From positions 1-64,000 of IMG/VR virus record IMGVR_UViG_3300031992_000042: a stretch of DNA of 64,000 bases; one strand, given 5' to 3'. The translations under genes and the position numbers were made by a program. The stretch is from a virus. Taxonomy: Duplodnaviria; Caudoviricetes. The notes beneath the pieces were generated by a model. The model searched no databases and was not told the origin of the DNA. It was given only the letters and a program-made list of their open reading frames with translations. Below are positions 1 to 8,558 of the stretch, in pieces (the first letter of the stretch is position 1; every line of letters begins with the position of its first letter).

Positions 1-19
1 TGATGCAACGATCAAATAT

Positions 20-331
20 TTGCGAGAGTTTAGATGCAAAGAATGTGACAGACGAAAGGGAATGAAGAACGGGAAAATCCGCTTTTGCTACGAAATAGGC
101 GAAGCTCCGTGCCGTGCCTGTGATATTGGGGACACGATTGATTATTTCCTCGATGAAGACATTTCCCCAACCATTGATGCCGTTCCGGTTGTCCGTTGCA
201 AGGATTGCAAACACTGGTATTTTGCAGACAACAGGATACCATCCGAACGGGAAAATGTCTGTGGACGAAACGGGACTGTTGTTACGCCGGATTGGTTCTG
301 TGCTGACGGAGAACGGCAGGAAGGTCGGTGA
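20..331 (+). CDS. Cys-rich phage accessory protein (VVRCKDC...DWFCADG family), probably 5'-truncated
   Basis: ORF with several CxxC pairs; paralogous C-terminus in 841..1035. Confidence 0.7.
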   Translation: MREFRCKECDRRKGMKNGKIRFCYEIGEAPCRACDIGDTIDYFLDEDISPTIDAVPVVRCKDCKHWYFADNRIPSERENVCGRNGTVVTPDWFCADGERQEGR

Positions 332-337
332 AGTGTA

Positions 338-811
338 ATGAAAAACAAGAAGATTAACGGAATTATAATTTGTGGATATCCGGGTATTGGCAAGTCTACA
401 GCGGCATCTAATAAAATGAATATAGAAGATGCTGAATCGAGAGCATATTCCCATGTTTTTGACCCGGACACTTGTACTGAAACAAAGAATGAATCATTTC
501 CGGGGAATTACGTAGACGCATTGGAAAAATTGGCATCTGAAATTGGTGGCTATGAATATATCCTTGCGTCTTGTCACAAAGAAGTAAGAGATGAACTGGA
601 TAAACGAGGCTTGCCGTATATCGTCGTGATGCCTCATTTTAACTGTAAAGATGAGTATTTACAAAAGTATATAAAACGTGGGGACAGCGTAGAATTTATA
701 GGAAAAATGTATCGGAATTGGGAAAAATGGCATAATGAAATTGATAATTCCGGATGCCCTGTTATTCATTTATGGGAAGGGCAAAACCTGTCTGATATTT
801 TGCCGAATTAG
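338..811 (+). CDS. P-loop NTPase / nucleotide-kinase-like protein
   Basis: N-terminal Walker A IIICGYPGIGKST; 157 aa. Confidence 0.7.
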   Translation: MKNKKINGIIICGYPGIGKSTAASNKMNIEDAESRAYSHVFDPDTCTETKNESFPGNYVDALEKLASEIGGYEYILASCHKEVRDELDKRGLPYIVVMPHFNCKDEYLQKYIKRGDSVEFIGKMYRNWEKWHNEIDNSGCPVIHLWEGQNLSDILPN

Positions 812-843
812 TTCGTTAAAGGCAGAAAGGTCGGTGAAGTGTG

Positions 844-1035
844 ATGCATGAATGGATTTGTTATATAGATGAATATGGTGAGCTTGAACCATCAAAGGAA
901 CTTGTCCGGTGTAAAGATTGTATAAGTTTTTACAAAAATGACAATATGTTTAATACAAATGCTCAAAAAGGAATGCGATGTAAAGCAAGTTCGATTGACC
1001 CAGATTGGTTTTGCGCTGACGGAAAGCGGAAATGA
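844..1035 (+). CDS. Cys-rich phage accessory protein (paralog of 20..331)
   Basis: LVRCKDC...DWFCADG. Confidence 0.7.
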   Translation: MHEWICYIDEYGELEPSKELVRCKDCISFYKNDNMFNTNAQKGMRCKASSIDPDWFCADGKRK

Positions 1036-1072
1036 CACTTTAAAAAATGATTTAACAAAGAAAGGCTAAAAA

Positions 1073-1267
1073 ATGAGTTATCAATTTGATGCATTTCCTC
1101 AACAAGGATGGCAATGCCCTATTTGTAATCGAGTTTACGCACCGGGAATACCAATGTGTTTCTATTGTGGAAACAAACAGAACGCAACAAACAAAACGTC
1201 AAACATTGAAACTCCGATTACAGAGAAAGAGTTTTTGAAGAAGTGGGCAACAGAAAAAAATGAATAA
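1073..1267 (+). CDS. small zinc-ribbon protein
   Basis: GWQCPICNRVYAP...CFYC. Confidence 0.65.
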   Translation: MSYQFDAFPQQGWQCPICNRVYAPGIPMCFYCGNKQNATNKTSNIETPITEKEFLKKWATEKNE

Positions 1268-1442
1268 TTTAATGAGGTGGCAAATGATTATACTGTGCAC
1301 TTTGTTACTTGTTTCTCCGCTTATCTTGTATTTTGCACTTGAAATTGACAGGCTGAAAAAAGAAAGAAAAGAATGAATTAACGTAATTGTAGAAAAATAG
1401 ACAATTAGTTGTAGAAAAACTATTTAGTTGTAGAAGAATGAT

Positions 1443-1628
1443 TTAATCAAATTTCCAGTTCTTCTTGATGGCATTCATTGTGTCATAAGGAATACCGATT
1501 CCGTTAACGAACACACGAAAACGGAAACGAGCGGACGGTTTGTTCTCGATGATTTCGATTCTGTAGACCTTCATTCGCTGAAGCCCACATGATCCATCTT
1601 TACCAATAAACCGAGCGTCCTTATGCAC
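1443..1628 (-). CDS. small hypothetical protein, inverted relative to neighbours, with own promoter
   Basis: GAGGTG RBS before GTG; extended -10 TGGTATAAT on - strand at about 1648-1656. Confidence 0.55.
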   Translation of the reverse strand: MHKDARFIGKDGSCGLQRMKVYRIEIIENKPSARFRFRVFVNGIGIPYDTMNAIKKNWKFD

Positions 1629-1683
1629 AATATCACCTCTATGGTGATTATACCACAAAAAGAATGAATTGACGAGGTAAAGA

Positions 1684-1875
1684 ATGAAAGAAGTAATTTA
1701 TCAACAATGTCTGTACGAAGAAATGACAGGAGAAAAACCGACAAAAGAAAAATGCGGTTTTCATTGTAGCGAAGAAACTTGTGAATACTGTATAGAAACA
1801 ACGATAAAGAATGATTTAACGCACAGAAGGAAGGTGATACAGATGACCATAGGAGAAGGCGTAGCACCTTTGTAA
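1684..1875 (+). CDS. small Cys-containing hypothetical protein
   Basis: GAGG RBS, ORF track. Confidence 0.5.
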   Translation: MKEVIYQQCLYEEMTGEKPTKEKCGFHCSEETCEYCIETTIKNDLTHRRKVIQMTIGEGVAPL

Positions 1876-2096
1876 CTGAGCCCACAGAATGCCTTGCAAA
1901 AGGATTCTGTGGGTGTAATATCTGTCCGTTTTACAAATGGTGTGACAAACCGGAGAAAGACTAAAGAATGAATTAACGTACTTAAAGTGACCAATAACGG
2001 AAGGAATAATAATCGGAGATGCAGCAATAGATTGGTTGCATCATGAAACCGTAACAGAAACAGAAAAGTCTCAAGATGCAAATGAAAGGATATAAT

Positions 2097-2489
2097 ATGA
2101 AAGCTGTAATTAGACTCGATGTACCTGAATGGCAGATAGGCACAGAAGTAGCTGTGTATTTTAAGGATACTATGATGCAAAGAGGTATTTGCGAAAAAGA
2201 AACAGAAAATATTAAATTCAAACAGCCAGAGAAATGTAAAGACTGCGTAAGTTGCCACACTCATTCAACAGGTAATTCTTATTGCGGTATGGCAACAGCA
2301 GAAAATCCTGAGATGAATATAACAACTATTTATATTAAAGATATAAATACTCGTCCTGACTGGTGCCCTATTGTAAGACTTAATAAGTCTTTAGAAGAAA
2401 TGCCGCAAGAAAAACGAGATCAGTTTAACGTGTTGGCTAAGGGACTAGCTGCGTTATTTGGCGATAAACAAGGTTTTGAAATAGAGTAA
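2097..2489 (+). CDS. hypothetical phage protein
   Basis: AAAGGA RBS; CKDC...YC...RPDWCP motif typical of phage accessory proteins. Confidence 0.6.
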   Translation: MKAVIRLDVPEWQIGTEVAVYFKDTMMQRGICEKETENIKFKQPEKCKDCVSCHTHSTGNSYCGMATAENPEMNITTIYIKDINTRPDWCPIVRLNKSLEEMPQEKRDQFNVLAKGLAALFGDKQGFEIE

Positions 2490-2506
2490 ATAAAATTTAA
2501 GCACAT

Positions 2507-2533
2507 AAGCTTGGCTGAATAAAAGCCAAGCTT
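2507..2533 (+). terminator. intrinsic terminator hairpin
   Basis: aagcttggct-gaataaa-agccaagctt followed by a T/A-rich run. Confidence 0.6.
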
Positions 2534-2551
2534 TATTAATTATAGAAAAGG

Positions 2552-3367
2552 ATGGTAAAAATGAATGAAAAGAAATGTGATATCTGCGGCAGAATAGCAG
2601 ATGAACATCATAAAATATTCTTTAATTCAAAATTAAAATGTTATCTATGTCAAAAACACAAAGCACAAGTTAATAGATATGGCAAGATAATAGATCCAAC
2701 GCAACGAACAACTGCTGATAAGAATGAATACATAATAAAAAATAATTATGCAGAAATTATTATAAGAAACAAAAAAGGCGAAATAAAAGCAATTGGTTTG
2801 ATCGACATAGAAGATATTGAAAAATGTAAAGACATAAAATGGACAACAGACGGAGCATCATATATAAGCGGATCTGTGAAAAAATATAAATTACATAGGT
2901 TTATTTTAAACTATGGTGGTCCACTACAAATAGATCATATTAATAGAAACAAATTTGATAACAGAAAAGAGAATTTACGTATTGTAACTTCATTTGAAAA
3001 TGCTCAGAACAATGGTAAAGCTGGCGTGTCGTTCGATAAGAATGTAAACAAATGGAAAGCAGAGTATCAAAGATACGGTAAATATTATAATGCTGGCACA
3101 TATTGGACAAAAGAAGAAGCAATAGAAGCAAGAAACAAAGCAATACAAGAAACAGAAAAACAAAAAGAAGAATTAATAAAAACATATCAAATAAAAGATG
3201 AAGACCATGTTATTGGCGTAAGACCTTCGCCACATGGCAAATGGGTTGCAAAATATTGCAGCGAGGGAAAAACATTTCATGTTGGGACATTCAATGCAAA
3301 AGAAGAAGCAATTGCAGCAAGAGAAGAATTTATAATAAAATACAAAAATGAAAAAGCGTCTGCTTGA
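2552..3367 (+). CDS. free-standing HNH homing endonuclease with AP2-like DNA-binding domains
   Basis: LHRFIL...IDHINRNKFDNRKENLR HNH motif; two GV...KWxA...GT[FY]...EEAIxAR repeats. Confidence 0.85.
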   Translation: MVKMNEKKCDICGRIADEHHKIFFNSKLKCYLCQKHKAQVNRYGKIIDPTQRTTADKNEYIIKNNYAEIIIRNKKGEIKAIGLIDIEDIEKCKDIKWTTDGASYISGSVKKYKLHRFILNYGGPLQIDHINRNKFDNRKENLRIVTSFENAQNNGKAGVSFDKNVNKWKAEYQRYGKYYNAGTYWTKEEAIEARNKAIQETEKQKEELIKTYQIKDEDHVIGVRPSPHGKWVAKYCSEGKTFHVGTFNAKEEAIAAREEFIIKYKNEKASA

Positions 3368-3392
3368 CGATGTTATACAATACACATATAAT
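3364..3392 (+). promoter_or_regulatory. sigma70/sigmaA promoter upstream of the tRNA half-gene
   Basis: TTGACG-N17-TATAAT. Confidence 0.75.
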
Positions 3393-3495
3393 TAATAAGA
3401 CAAGTTTTTAACAAGATAAACTTGTTGGGTAGTATGTGGGGTTACGGCACAAATTTTTTCAAATTATTATAAGCCAAAACCTTGCTGCATAATAC

Positions 3496-3540
3496 GGAGC
3501 GGTAAGCAAGTGGTTATAAGCTCACTGACTCGAAATCAGT
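3496..3540 (+). tRNA. 5' half of tRNA-Ser(CGA), truncated after the anticodon stem
   Basis: GGAGCGG-TA-AGC AAGTGGTTATAA GCT-C-ACTGA CT CGA AA TCAGT; no variable arm, T-arm or 3' acceptor strand follows. Confidence 0.75.
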
Positions 3541-3553
3541 AATTGTATAAACT

Positions 3554-3598
3554 AAAATCGTTGAAGTTATTGAAGTTTACTTCAACGACTTTTCATTT
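3554..3598 (+). terminator. hairpin/terminator just downstream of the att core
   Basis: tcgttgaagt...acttcaacga then cttttcattt. Confidence 0.55.
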
Positions 3599-3650
3599 GT
3601 TGGGTAATTGCGGGGTAATAGGATAAAAACAAAAGGATCGGTGAAGTGAA

Positions 3651-3815
3651 ATGAATGAAAAAGATTTAATAGGAAAAACGATTGAAAAAATAGACATCGA
3701 CGGATACGGTGTTGAGATACGTTTCACTGACGGAACTGTATTTGAGTATAGCGCGTCAGATGGCGGTTATTCGTATTGGGACATATCGAAAGTTGGTGAA
3801 AAAGATAATTTATAG
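3651..3815 (+). CDS. 54-aa hypothetical protein (not in ORF track)
   Basis: MNEKDLIGKTIEKIDIDGYGVEIRFTDG...; follows the GGTGAAGTG junction motif. Confidence 0.6.
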   Translation: MNEKDLIGKTIEKIDIDGYGVEIRFTDGTVFEYSASDGGYSYWDISKVGEKDNL

Positions 3816-3830
3816 GTAGGTGTTATTTGA

Positions 3831-4040
3831 ATGGTAGGTATGAGTCACGACAAAGATAAGTTCAAACCACTGCAAGAATATCTTGACAGTATACCTGAAC
3901 CAAAATGGTGGCAACTCAAAACTCGGCTTATTATATTGTGGTCAAACTTAATTGATGATATTACTATCTGGAAATGGAACAGAAAGCAAAAACAATGGAA
4001 TGGAAGAAAGAACAGAACCAGATATAAAGGTTGCGGTTGA
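3831..4040 (+). CDS. hypothetical protein
   Basis: AGGT RBS, ORF track. Confidence 0.5.
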   Translation: MVGMSHDKDKFKPLQEYLDSIPEPKWWQLKTRLIILWSNLIDDITIWKWNRKQKQWNGRKNRTRYKGCG

Positions 4041-4269
4041 GTGTGTTGGGCAGAACTGCCTAAAATGCCAGACGAATATAAAGACAGAGGAATGCTATGA
4101 CGGAAGAAGTTAAATTTACATGTCCTATGTGCGGCAAAGAATGGATAGAAGAACAAAACACAAAAGATGACTGGTTTAGGCTTGGCACTAAACAGACTCT
4201 TTGCGCAGAATGCAGTAATAAAGAAATTAGAAAAATAAAAGAAAGTCAACAACGGAGTCAAGAAATAAT

Positions 4270-4470
4270 ATGACATATATAGAATGTGTACTACAAGTTT
4301 TAAAATACGCTGGATATGTTGCATGGTTTGTTGTTTCAGTCGCATTAGCAGGGTTTGGAATAAGTAAGCACATAGAATGGGAAGACTCATGGGTAAGTAA
4401 TATATCTTTAATAATTGGAGTTATTTCAATTATATGTTTTATTGCGTTTTGTGTTTATAAATGCCAATAA
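4270..4470 (+). CDS. small two-TM membrane protein
   Basis: two hydrophobic segments. Confidence 0.6.
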   Translation: MTYIECVLQVLKYAGYVAWFVVSVALAGFGISKHIEWEDSWVSNISLIIGVISIICFIAFCVYKCQ

Positions 4471-4485
4471 GAAAGTAGGCTTATT

Positions 4486-4878
4486 ATGTTTTTATTTATA
4501 TTTTTATGTATGCTGTTCTGTCATATTGTAGACGACTATTATCTTCAAGGCGTACTTGCGAAGATGAAACAAATATCCTGGTGGCAAGAACAAACAAAAG
4601 ATCCTATATATCAAAACGACTGGTTGCCAGCACTAATTGCTCATGGTGTTTCTTGGTCGTTTATGGTAACGCTACCGTGTAATATTTATTTACTTATAAA
4701 CAAGCCAGACAGTATATATCTGTTCTCTATTATGTTTGTATTTAATGCATATCTTCATTGTAAAATAGATAACGATAAATGCAATAAGCACGAAATAAAC
4801 TTAATTACTGATCAATGTATGCATTTATTTCAAATAGGTATCACGTTCTTTAACTTTTTAGTAATAGTATTAACATGA
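4486..4878 (+). CDS. DUF3307-like membrane protein
   Basis: HIVDDYYLQ...H...H..ID..K...DQCMH pattern. Confidence 0.7.
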   Translation: MFLFIFLCMLFCHIVDDYYLQGVLAKMKQISWWQEQTKDPIYQNDWLPALIAHGVSWSFMVTLPCNIYLLINKPDSIYLFSIMFVFNAYLHCKIDNDKCNKHEINLITDQCMHLFQIGITFFNFLVIVLT

Positions 4879-4888
4879 GGAAAAATAA

Positions 4889-5206
4889 ATGGATGAACAA
4901 AAATATTATTTTATAACTGTATTTGAAAAAGTTGATTTAGATGATCTAGGCTGGACAGATACTGGTTGTCAAAGAACATGGGGGTTCTACACAGATAAAG
5001 AAACAGCGTTTCAATGCGTGCATGAAAACTGGACAGACTTAGAAGAAACTATTTATCGCTATGCTTTAATCGAAGAATACACAGAAGGTATAGGACATTG
5101 GACAGGCTATAGACAATGGTTTAGGTTTGATCTTGAAAAGAAAGGGTATGTTGAAATAGATGAACCAGAAGGATACAACCACTTCAGCTGTTTTGCGTTC
5201 GGATGA
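4889..5206 (+). CDS. hypothetical phage protein
   Basis: GAGG RBS; 105 aa. Confidence 0.65.
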   Translation: MDEQKYYFITVFEKVDLDDLGWTDTGCQRTWGFYTDKETAFQCVHENWTDLEETIYRYALIEEYTEGIGHWTGYRQWFRFDLEKKGYVEIDEPEGYNHFSCFAFG

Positions 5207-5340
5207 AATTCATCTATATATCCCAAAAGGATCTCAAAAAAGACTTTCTGTTTTAGTACAAGCAACGGAATACTGGAAGCAAGGATATAAAGTTATTATA
5301 CATGATTTTGGAGAAGGCGTTATACGTACTTTTTATTCGT

Positions 5341-6453
5341 TTACTCAATCGAATCAACAACAGTCTTAAGATCTTCAAGCGGACTGCTTTGATAGACTTG
5401 CCTGGTAAATGAATAGTCGCTATGTCCAATAAGAGCAGCTTTGTCTCGAACATCGCCGTCAGCCTTTTTAAGTTTGTCTGCGTAACTGTGTCGAGCAGAA
5501 TATGGCACTTTATTACCTGTTATTCCCAGCTGGCTTGCAATAGGTTTGAAGACTGACTCGTCGAAGTAGTTGACGGTCATCCTGCGAAGTTCTTTTAATT
5601 CTTTTGTACCACGCTTGTAGAAATAAAAGGGAAATAAATAGTCTGTACCTTCTACACTCAGCCGCTCTAATATAATAGGAAGAATTTGCTTCGGAACGAT
5701 AACCCGGCGATTAATTCCGGCAGCTGTTTTCTTTCCTTCAGTTATGTAATAAACCAATTCGTCGTTTATTGTTTCACAGTTAACTTGTTCTTTCTTTATT
5801 TCAAGGAACTCGCCCGGACGGAACCCAAGATAACAAAGGCAGTATATATAGTCGCAATATTGGATCTTACCGATATTGTCTTTTATCTTTTTTATGTCTT
5901 CCGGAGACAATGGTTCTCTCGGTTTTGTTTCGTGTTTACCGATATAAAGGTTTTCTGTTATGTCTTTCTTTACTTTGTTCGTATCAAAAGCATAAGCCCA
6001 GATAAGACCTGCTGTTACCTTCATCATTTGATGAGTTCGTTTGCCTTTAGGACAAGCGTCCATACATGACTGGAGCTCTGCTGCAGTTATTGTGTTTATT
6101 CTACGATACTTTAACTCTGAAAAATAATTATATGCTTGCTCGTAGCCTTTAAGCGTTTTAGGGGCGACCCGTCCTTCATATGCTTTCTTCCAAGCTTGAA
6201 ATGCTTCGTCAAGAGAAGTCTTAGTATTTTCTAATTCTTCTCCGTTAAGTATTTTATTTAGCGCGGCTAAAGCTTCTTTCTTGGTTTTATAGCCGCAGAA
6301 TCTTTTCTTAACAGGAACCAGATGACCACCTTCTTTAATAGGTGGTTTCCAACCTATTGTAATCTGAGCAACCCAACACTTACGCTCAGCTAAATAATAA
6401 ACCGAACCTTGTTTGTTACCCCTGGACTTAGGTTTCCGTTTATGTTCGCTCAT
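5341..6453 (-). CDS. int: tyrosine integrase
   Basis: N-terminal arm-binding-like RGNKQGSVY..WVA; catalytic GFRPGE, K, YSARH, LIGH, Y; AGGAG RBS before ATG 6453. Confidence 0.92.
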   Translation of the reverse strand: MSEHKRKPKSRGNKQGSVYYLAERKCWVAQITIGWKPPIKEGGHLVPVKKRFCGYKTKKEALAALNKILNGEELENTKTSLDEAFQAWKKAYEGRVAPKTLKGYEQAYNYFSELKYRRINTITAAELQSCMDACPKGKRTHQMMKVTAGLIWAYAFDTNKVKKDITENLYIGKHETKPREPLSPEDIKKIKDNIGKIQYCDYIYCLCYLGFRPGEFLEIKKEQVNCETINDELVYYITEGKKTAAGINRRVIVPKQILPIILERLSVEGTDYLFPFYFYKRGTKELKELRRMTVNYFDESVFKPIASQLGITGNKVPYSARHSYADKLKKADGDVRDKAALIGHSDYSFTRQVYQSSPLEDLKTVVDSIE

Positions 6454-6477
6454 ATACAAAACTCCTTTTAGAGCGAC

Positions 6478-6507
6478 ATTATAATCCGGTGGGGTAGTAG
6501 ATGTCAA
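6478..6507 (-). promoter_or_regulatory. integrase promoter
   Basis: TTGACA-N18-TATAAT on - strand, 25 nt upstream of the int start. Confidence 0.8.
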
Positions 6508-6534
6508 AAATATCTTTGATAAAAGGAGAAAAAT

Positions 6535-6726
6535 ATGAGTAATTTATATGAATGGCTTCATGACGATATAACCTGGTGCGGCAATGAATGTTCGCATACG
6601 GAATGTGAACGCAATATAGCAAATAGATTATCTCATGAAGGACTATTTTCCATGTCTTTGTTTAAAGACACAGAAACTTGTCCTTTATATAAAAAGGATG
6701 ACAAAAATAATGAATCAAAAGAATGA
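6535..6726 (+). CDS. small Cys-rich protein
   Basis: AAGGAG RBS; DITWC...C...C.R. Confidence 0.65.
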   Translation: MSNLYEWLHDDITWCGNECSHTECERNIANRLSHEGLFSMSLFKDTETCPLYKKDDKNNESKE

Positions 6727-6982
6727 TAAATTTGAAGAAGGAACAAAAAACAATATAGTGTTAGTAAAATATAAGCCAAAAGCAAAATTAATAACTTGTA
6801 AATGTCCGAACTGTGAAGCAATTTTTTCTATGGAATTTTCAAATAATCGTAAATTTAAATCCTATGGTTGTTGGGTAGATGATTGCCCCGTTTGTGGTGT
6901 TTGCTATAATTGGTTAAGCTTTCGTATTCCTATATTTTGGTATAAGTGGCTTAGATACATAAGGAGAAACAAAAATGAATGA
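6709..6982 (+). CDS. zinc-ribbon protein
   Basis: CPNC...CPVC; start approximate. Confidence 0.55.
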
Positions 6983-7211
6983 TTTAAATCAAGTAATGAT
7001 GGCTATGAATAACATGTTAGTTCAAGCAATTGCAAACCCTGAAGCACTAGAAATGGCAAGCAGGATCAGACAGAATTGTATATATGCAGGCGGAGCACAT
7101 GAAGAGCATGATTATAATCAACGTATTCTTATCTGCCATCAAGATAACAGACCTTGCATGATGCAATGCATGAATGGCACAACAAGCATAAAGGATGGTA
7201 TATATGGCTAA
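6975..7211 (+). CDS. hypothetical protein
   Basis: AAGGAG RBS. Confidence 0.6.
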   Translation: MNDLNQVMMAMNNMLVQAIANPEALEMASRIRQNCIYAGGAHEEHDYNQRILICHQDNRPCMMQCMNGTTSIKDGIYG

Positions 7212-7719
7212 AAATGAATTAACTGTGTGGCGATGGGGAGCTTGTACAAGTTATTATATTAAACGTCCTTGGAAATGGATTAAAGAACTCTGGTACAATA
7301 TAAAAGACGCACATAATAGAATAACAAAAGGATTCTGTTCAAGAGACTGGATGAACTTTGATCAATGGTTTAAACAAGTTACATCCGATATGTTTAGAGA
7401 TATGGCTATGTATTCGCATGGATATCCTGGCAGCGAACCTTTTGAAACCCCAGAAAAATGGAGCAGTTGGCTACACAGAATGTCTGATCAACTAAGAAAA
7501 TGTATTGACGAAGATGAAGGCAATGAATATTATCAGCCTTATATAGACATGTTAATGAAAAACCCATCAAATATCTTAACAAGAGAAGAAACAGAAGAAG
7601 AAAGAGCAATTCGTAAAAAATATTATGATCGCTCTATGGAAATACAAAAAGAACATAAAGAACTGTTTGAAAATACAATAAAAGAAATAGTCGAGCACTT
7701 CGACTGTTTATGGGACTAA
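7204..7719 (+). CDS. hypothetical phage protein
   Basis: ORF with ...HGYPG...F..LWD pattern seen in phage accessory proteins. Confidence 0.65.
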   Translation: MAKNELTVWRWGACTSYYIKRPWKWIKELWYNIKDAHNRITKGFCSRDWMNFDQWFKQVTSDMFRDMAMYSHGYPGSEPFETPEKWSSWLHRMSDQLRKCIDEDEGNEYYQPYIDMLMKNPSNILTREETEEERAIRKKYYDRSMEIQKEHKELFENTIKEIVEHFDCLWD

Positions 7720-7722
7720 AAT

Positions 7723-8034
7723 ATGAAAACTGATTGGGTAAATTTAAAACAAGGTGATCCTGTTTATCTTTATACTGAAAAACGCCCGTACAGAGTAAAA
7801 TGCAGAGATGATAGATACATTATCTGCACAAAACCTTATAATTTTAAGCGTACAGTTATGTATTTCATTGTAGATCTTAAAGAACAAAGACGCGGACCGG
7901 ATAATATGGTATTCTGTTCTGGTTATGAAACACAAGAGCAATGTGAAGAACGGCTTAAAGAATTACAAGAAGGTAGAATAGAAGTATCTCGTAGACACGA
8001 CTTACCTTTGTATTTTACAGGAGAAAAAACATGA
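7723..8034 (+). CDS. hypothetical phage protein
   Basis: ORF track, tight operon spacing. Confidence 0.6.
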   Translation: MKTDWVNLKQGDPVYLYTEKRPYRVKCRDDRYIICTKPYNFKRTVMYFIVDLKEQRRGPDNMVFCSGYETQEQCEERLKELQEGRIEVSRRHDLPLYFTGEKT

Positions 8035-8225
8035 AATTAAAAACTTGTCCTTTCTGTGGCAAAAAACCTGAAGTAGTAGAAATATGGATACCACACGGTT
8101 TACATGAAGGTGGATATAGTTGGGTCGTAAGATGCAACTATTTAAATGGCGGCTGCGGAGCCCAAGGTGGCAGTCGCACAGAAAAAGAAGAAGCAATAGA
8201 AATTTGGAACAGGAGAACAGAATGA
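8031..8225 (+). CDS. Lar-family (restriction alleviation) zinc-finger protein
   Basis: LKTCPFCG...C....CGA...EEAIEIWNRR. Confidence 0.75.
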   Translation: MKLKTCPFCGKKPEVVEIWIPHGLHEGGYSWVVRCNYLNGGCGAQGGSRTEKEEAIEIWNRRTE

Positions 8226-8524
8226 AACATTACATTAGTCTTGGCGGTAGATTCTATGCACACTATATGTATTTCGATATAGACGCTGAGGATCATTATA
8301 TTGCTGATTCGTTATTTTACAAAAGAAAAATACCTGTTATTTTTAAAGGCGAAATGATAAAAGATGGGGATAAATACCGTGCAATATTTTGTAAAGTAAA
8401 AAGAAAATATAAAGACAGTTTTGAAAAAGCCTTGGAAGAACTTAAAACAAAAATGGAACTTCTAGGTTATTTGGATTACGAAGAATATTGCGTAAATTTA
8501 ATCAAGCAAATGAAAGAAAAATAA
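8222..8524 (+). CDS. hypothetical protein
   Basis: AGGAG RBS, ATGA overlap with the upstream gene. Confidence 0.6.
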   Translation: MKHYISLGGRFYAHYMYFDIDAEDHYIADSLFYKRKIPVIFKGEMIKDGDKYRAIFCKVKRKYKDSFEKALEELKTKMELLGYLDYEEYCVNLIKQMKEK

Positions 8525-8558
8525 AAAAGGGACTCTCAAAAAGAGAGTCCCTTTTTTT
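8523..8558. terminator. bidirectional terminator between converging early and late genes
   Basis: A6-gggactctc-aaaaa-gagagtccc-T7. Confidence 0.85.

Larger units (their letters stand above)
3422..3618. mobile_element. attP: probable attP site
   Basis: tRNA fragment flanked on both sides by paired direct repeats (ttgttgggta/tgtggggtta at 3422-3444; ttgttgggta/tgcggggtaa at 3597-3618) resembling integrase arm-type sites; integrase is transcribed toward it. Confidence 0.7.

Noticed and set aside
1385-1998. CRISPR mini-array
   Set aside because: Repeats are only 8-16 bp with irregular spacing, some spacers are whole genes, and there are no cas genes
3496-3600. Complete phage tRNA-Ser gene
   Set aside because: No T-arm (GTTCRA) or 3' acceptor strand follows the anticodon arm
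7208-7223. Extra copy of the 16-bp cassette motif
   Set aside because: Lies within coding sequence (MAKNELT), far from the array, in AT-rich DNA; may be chance
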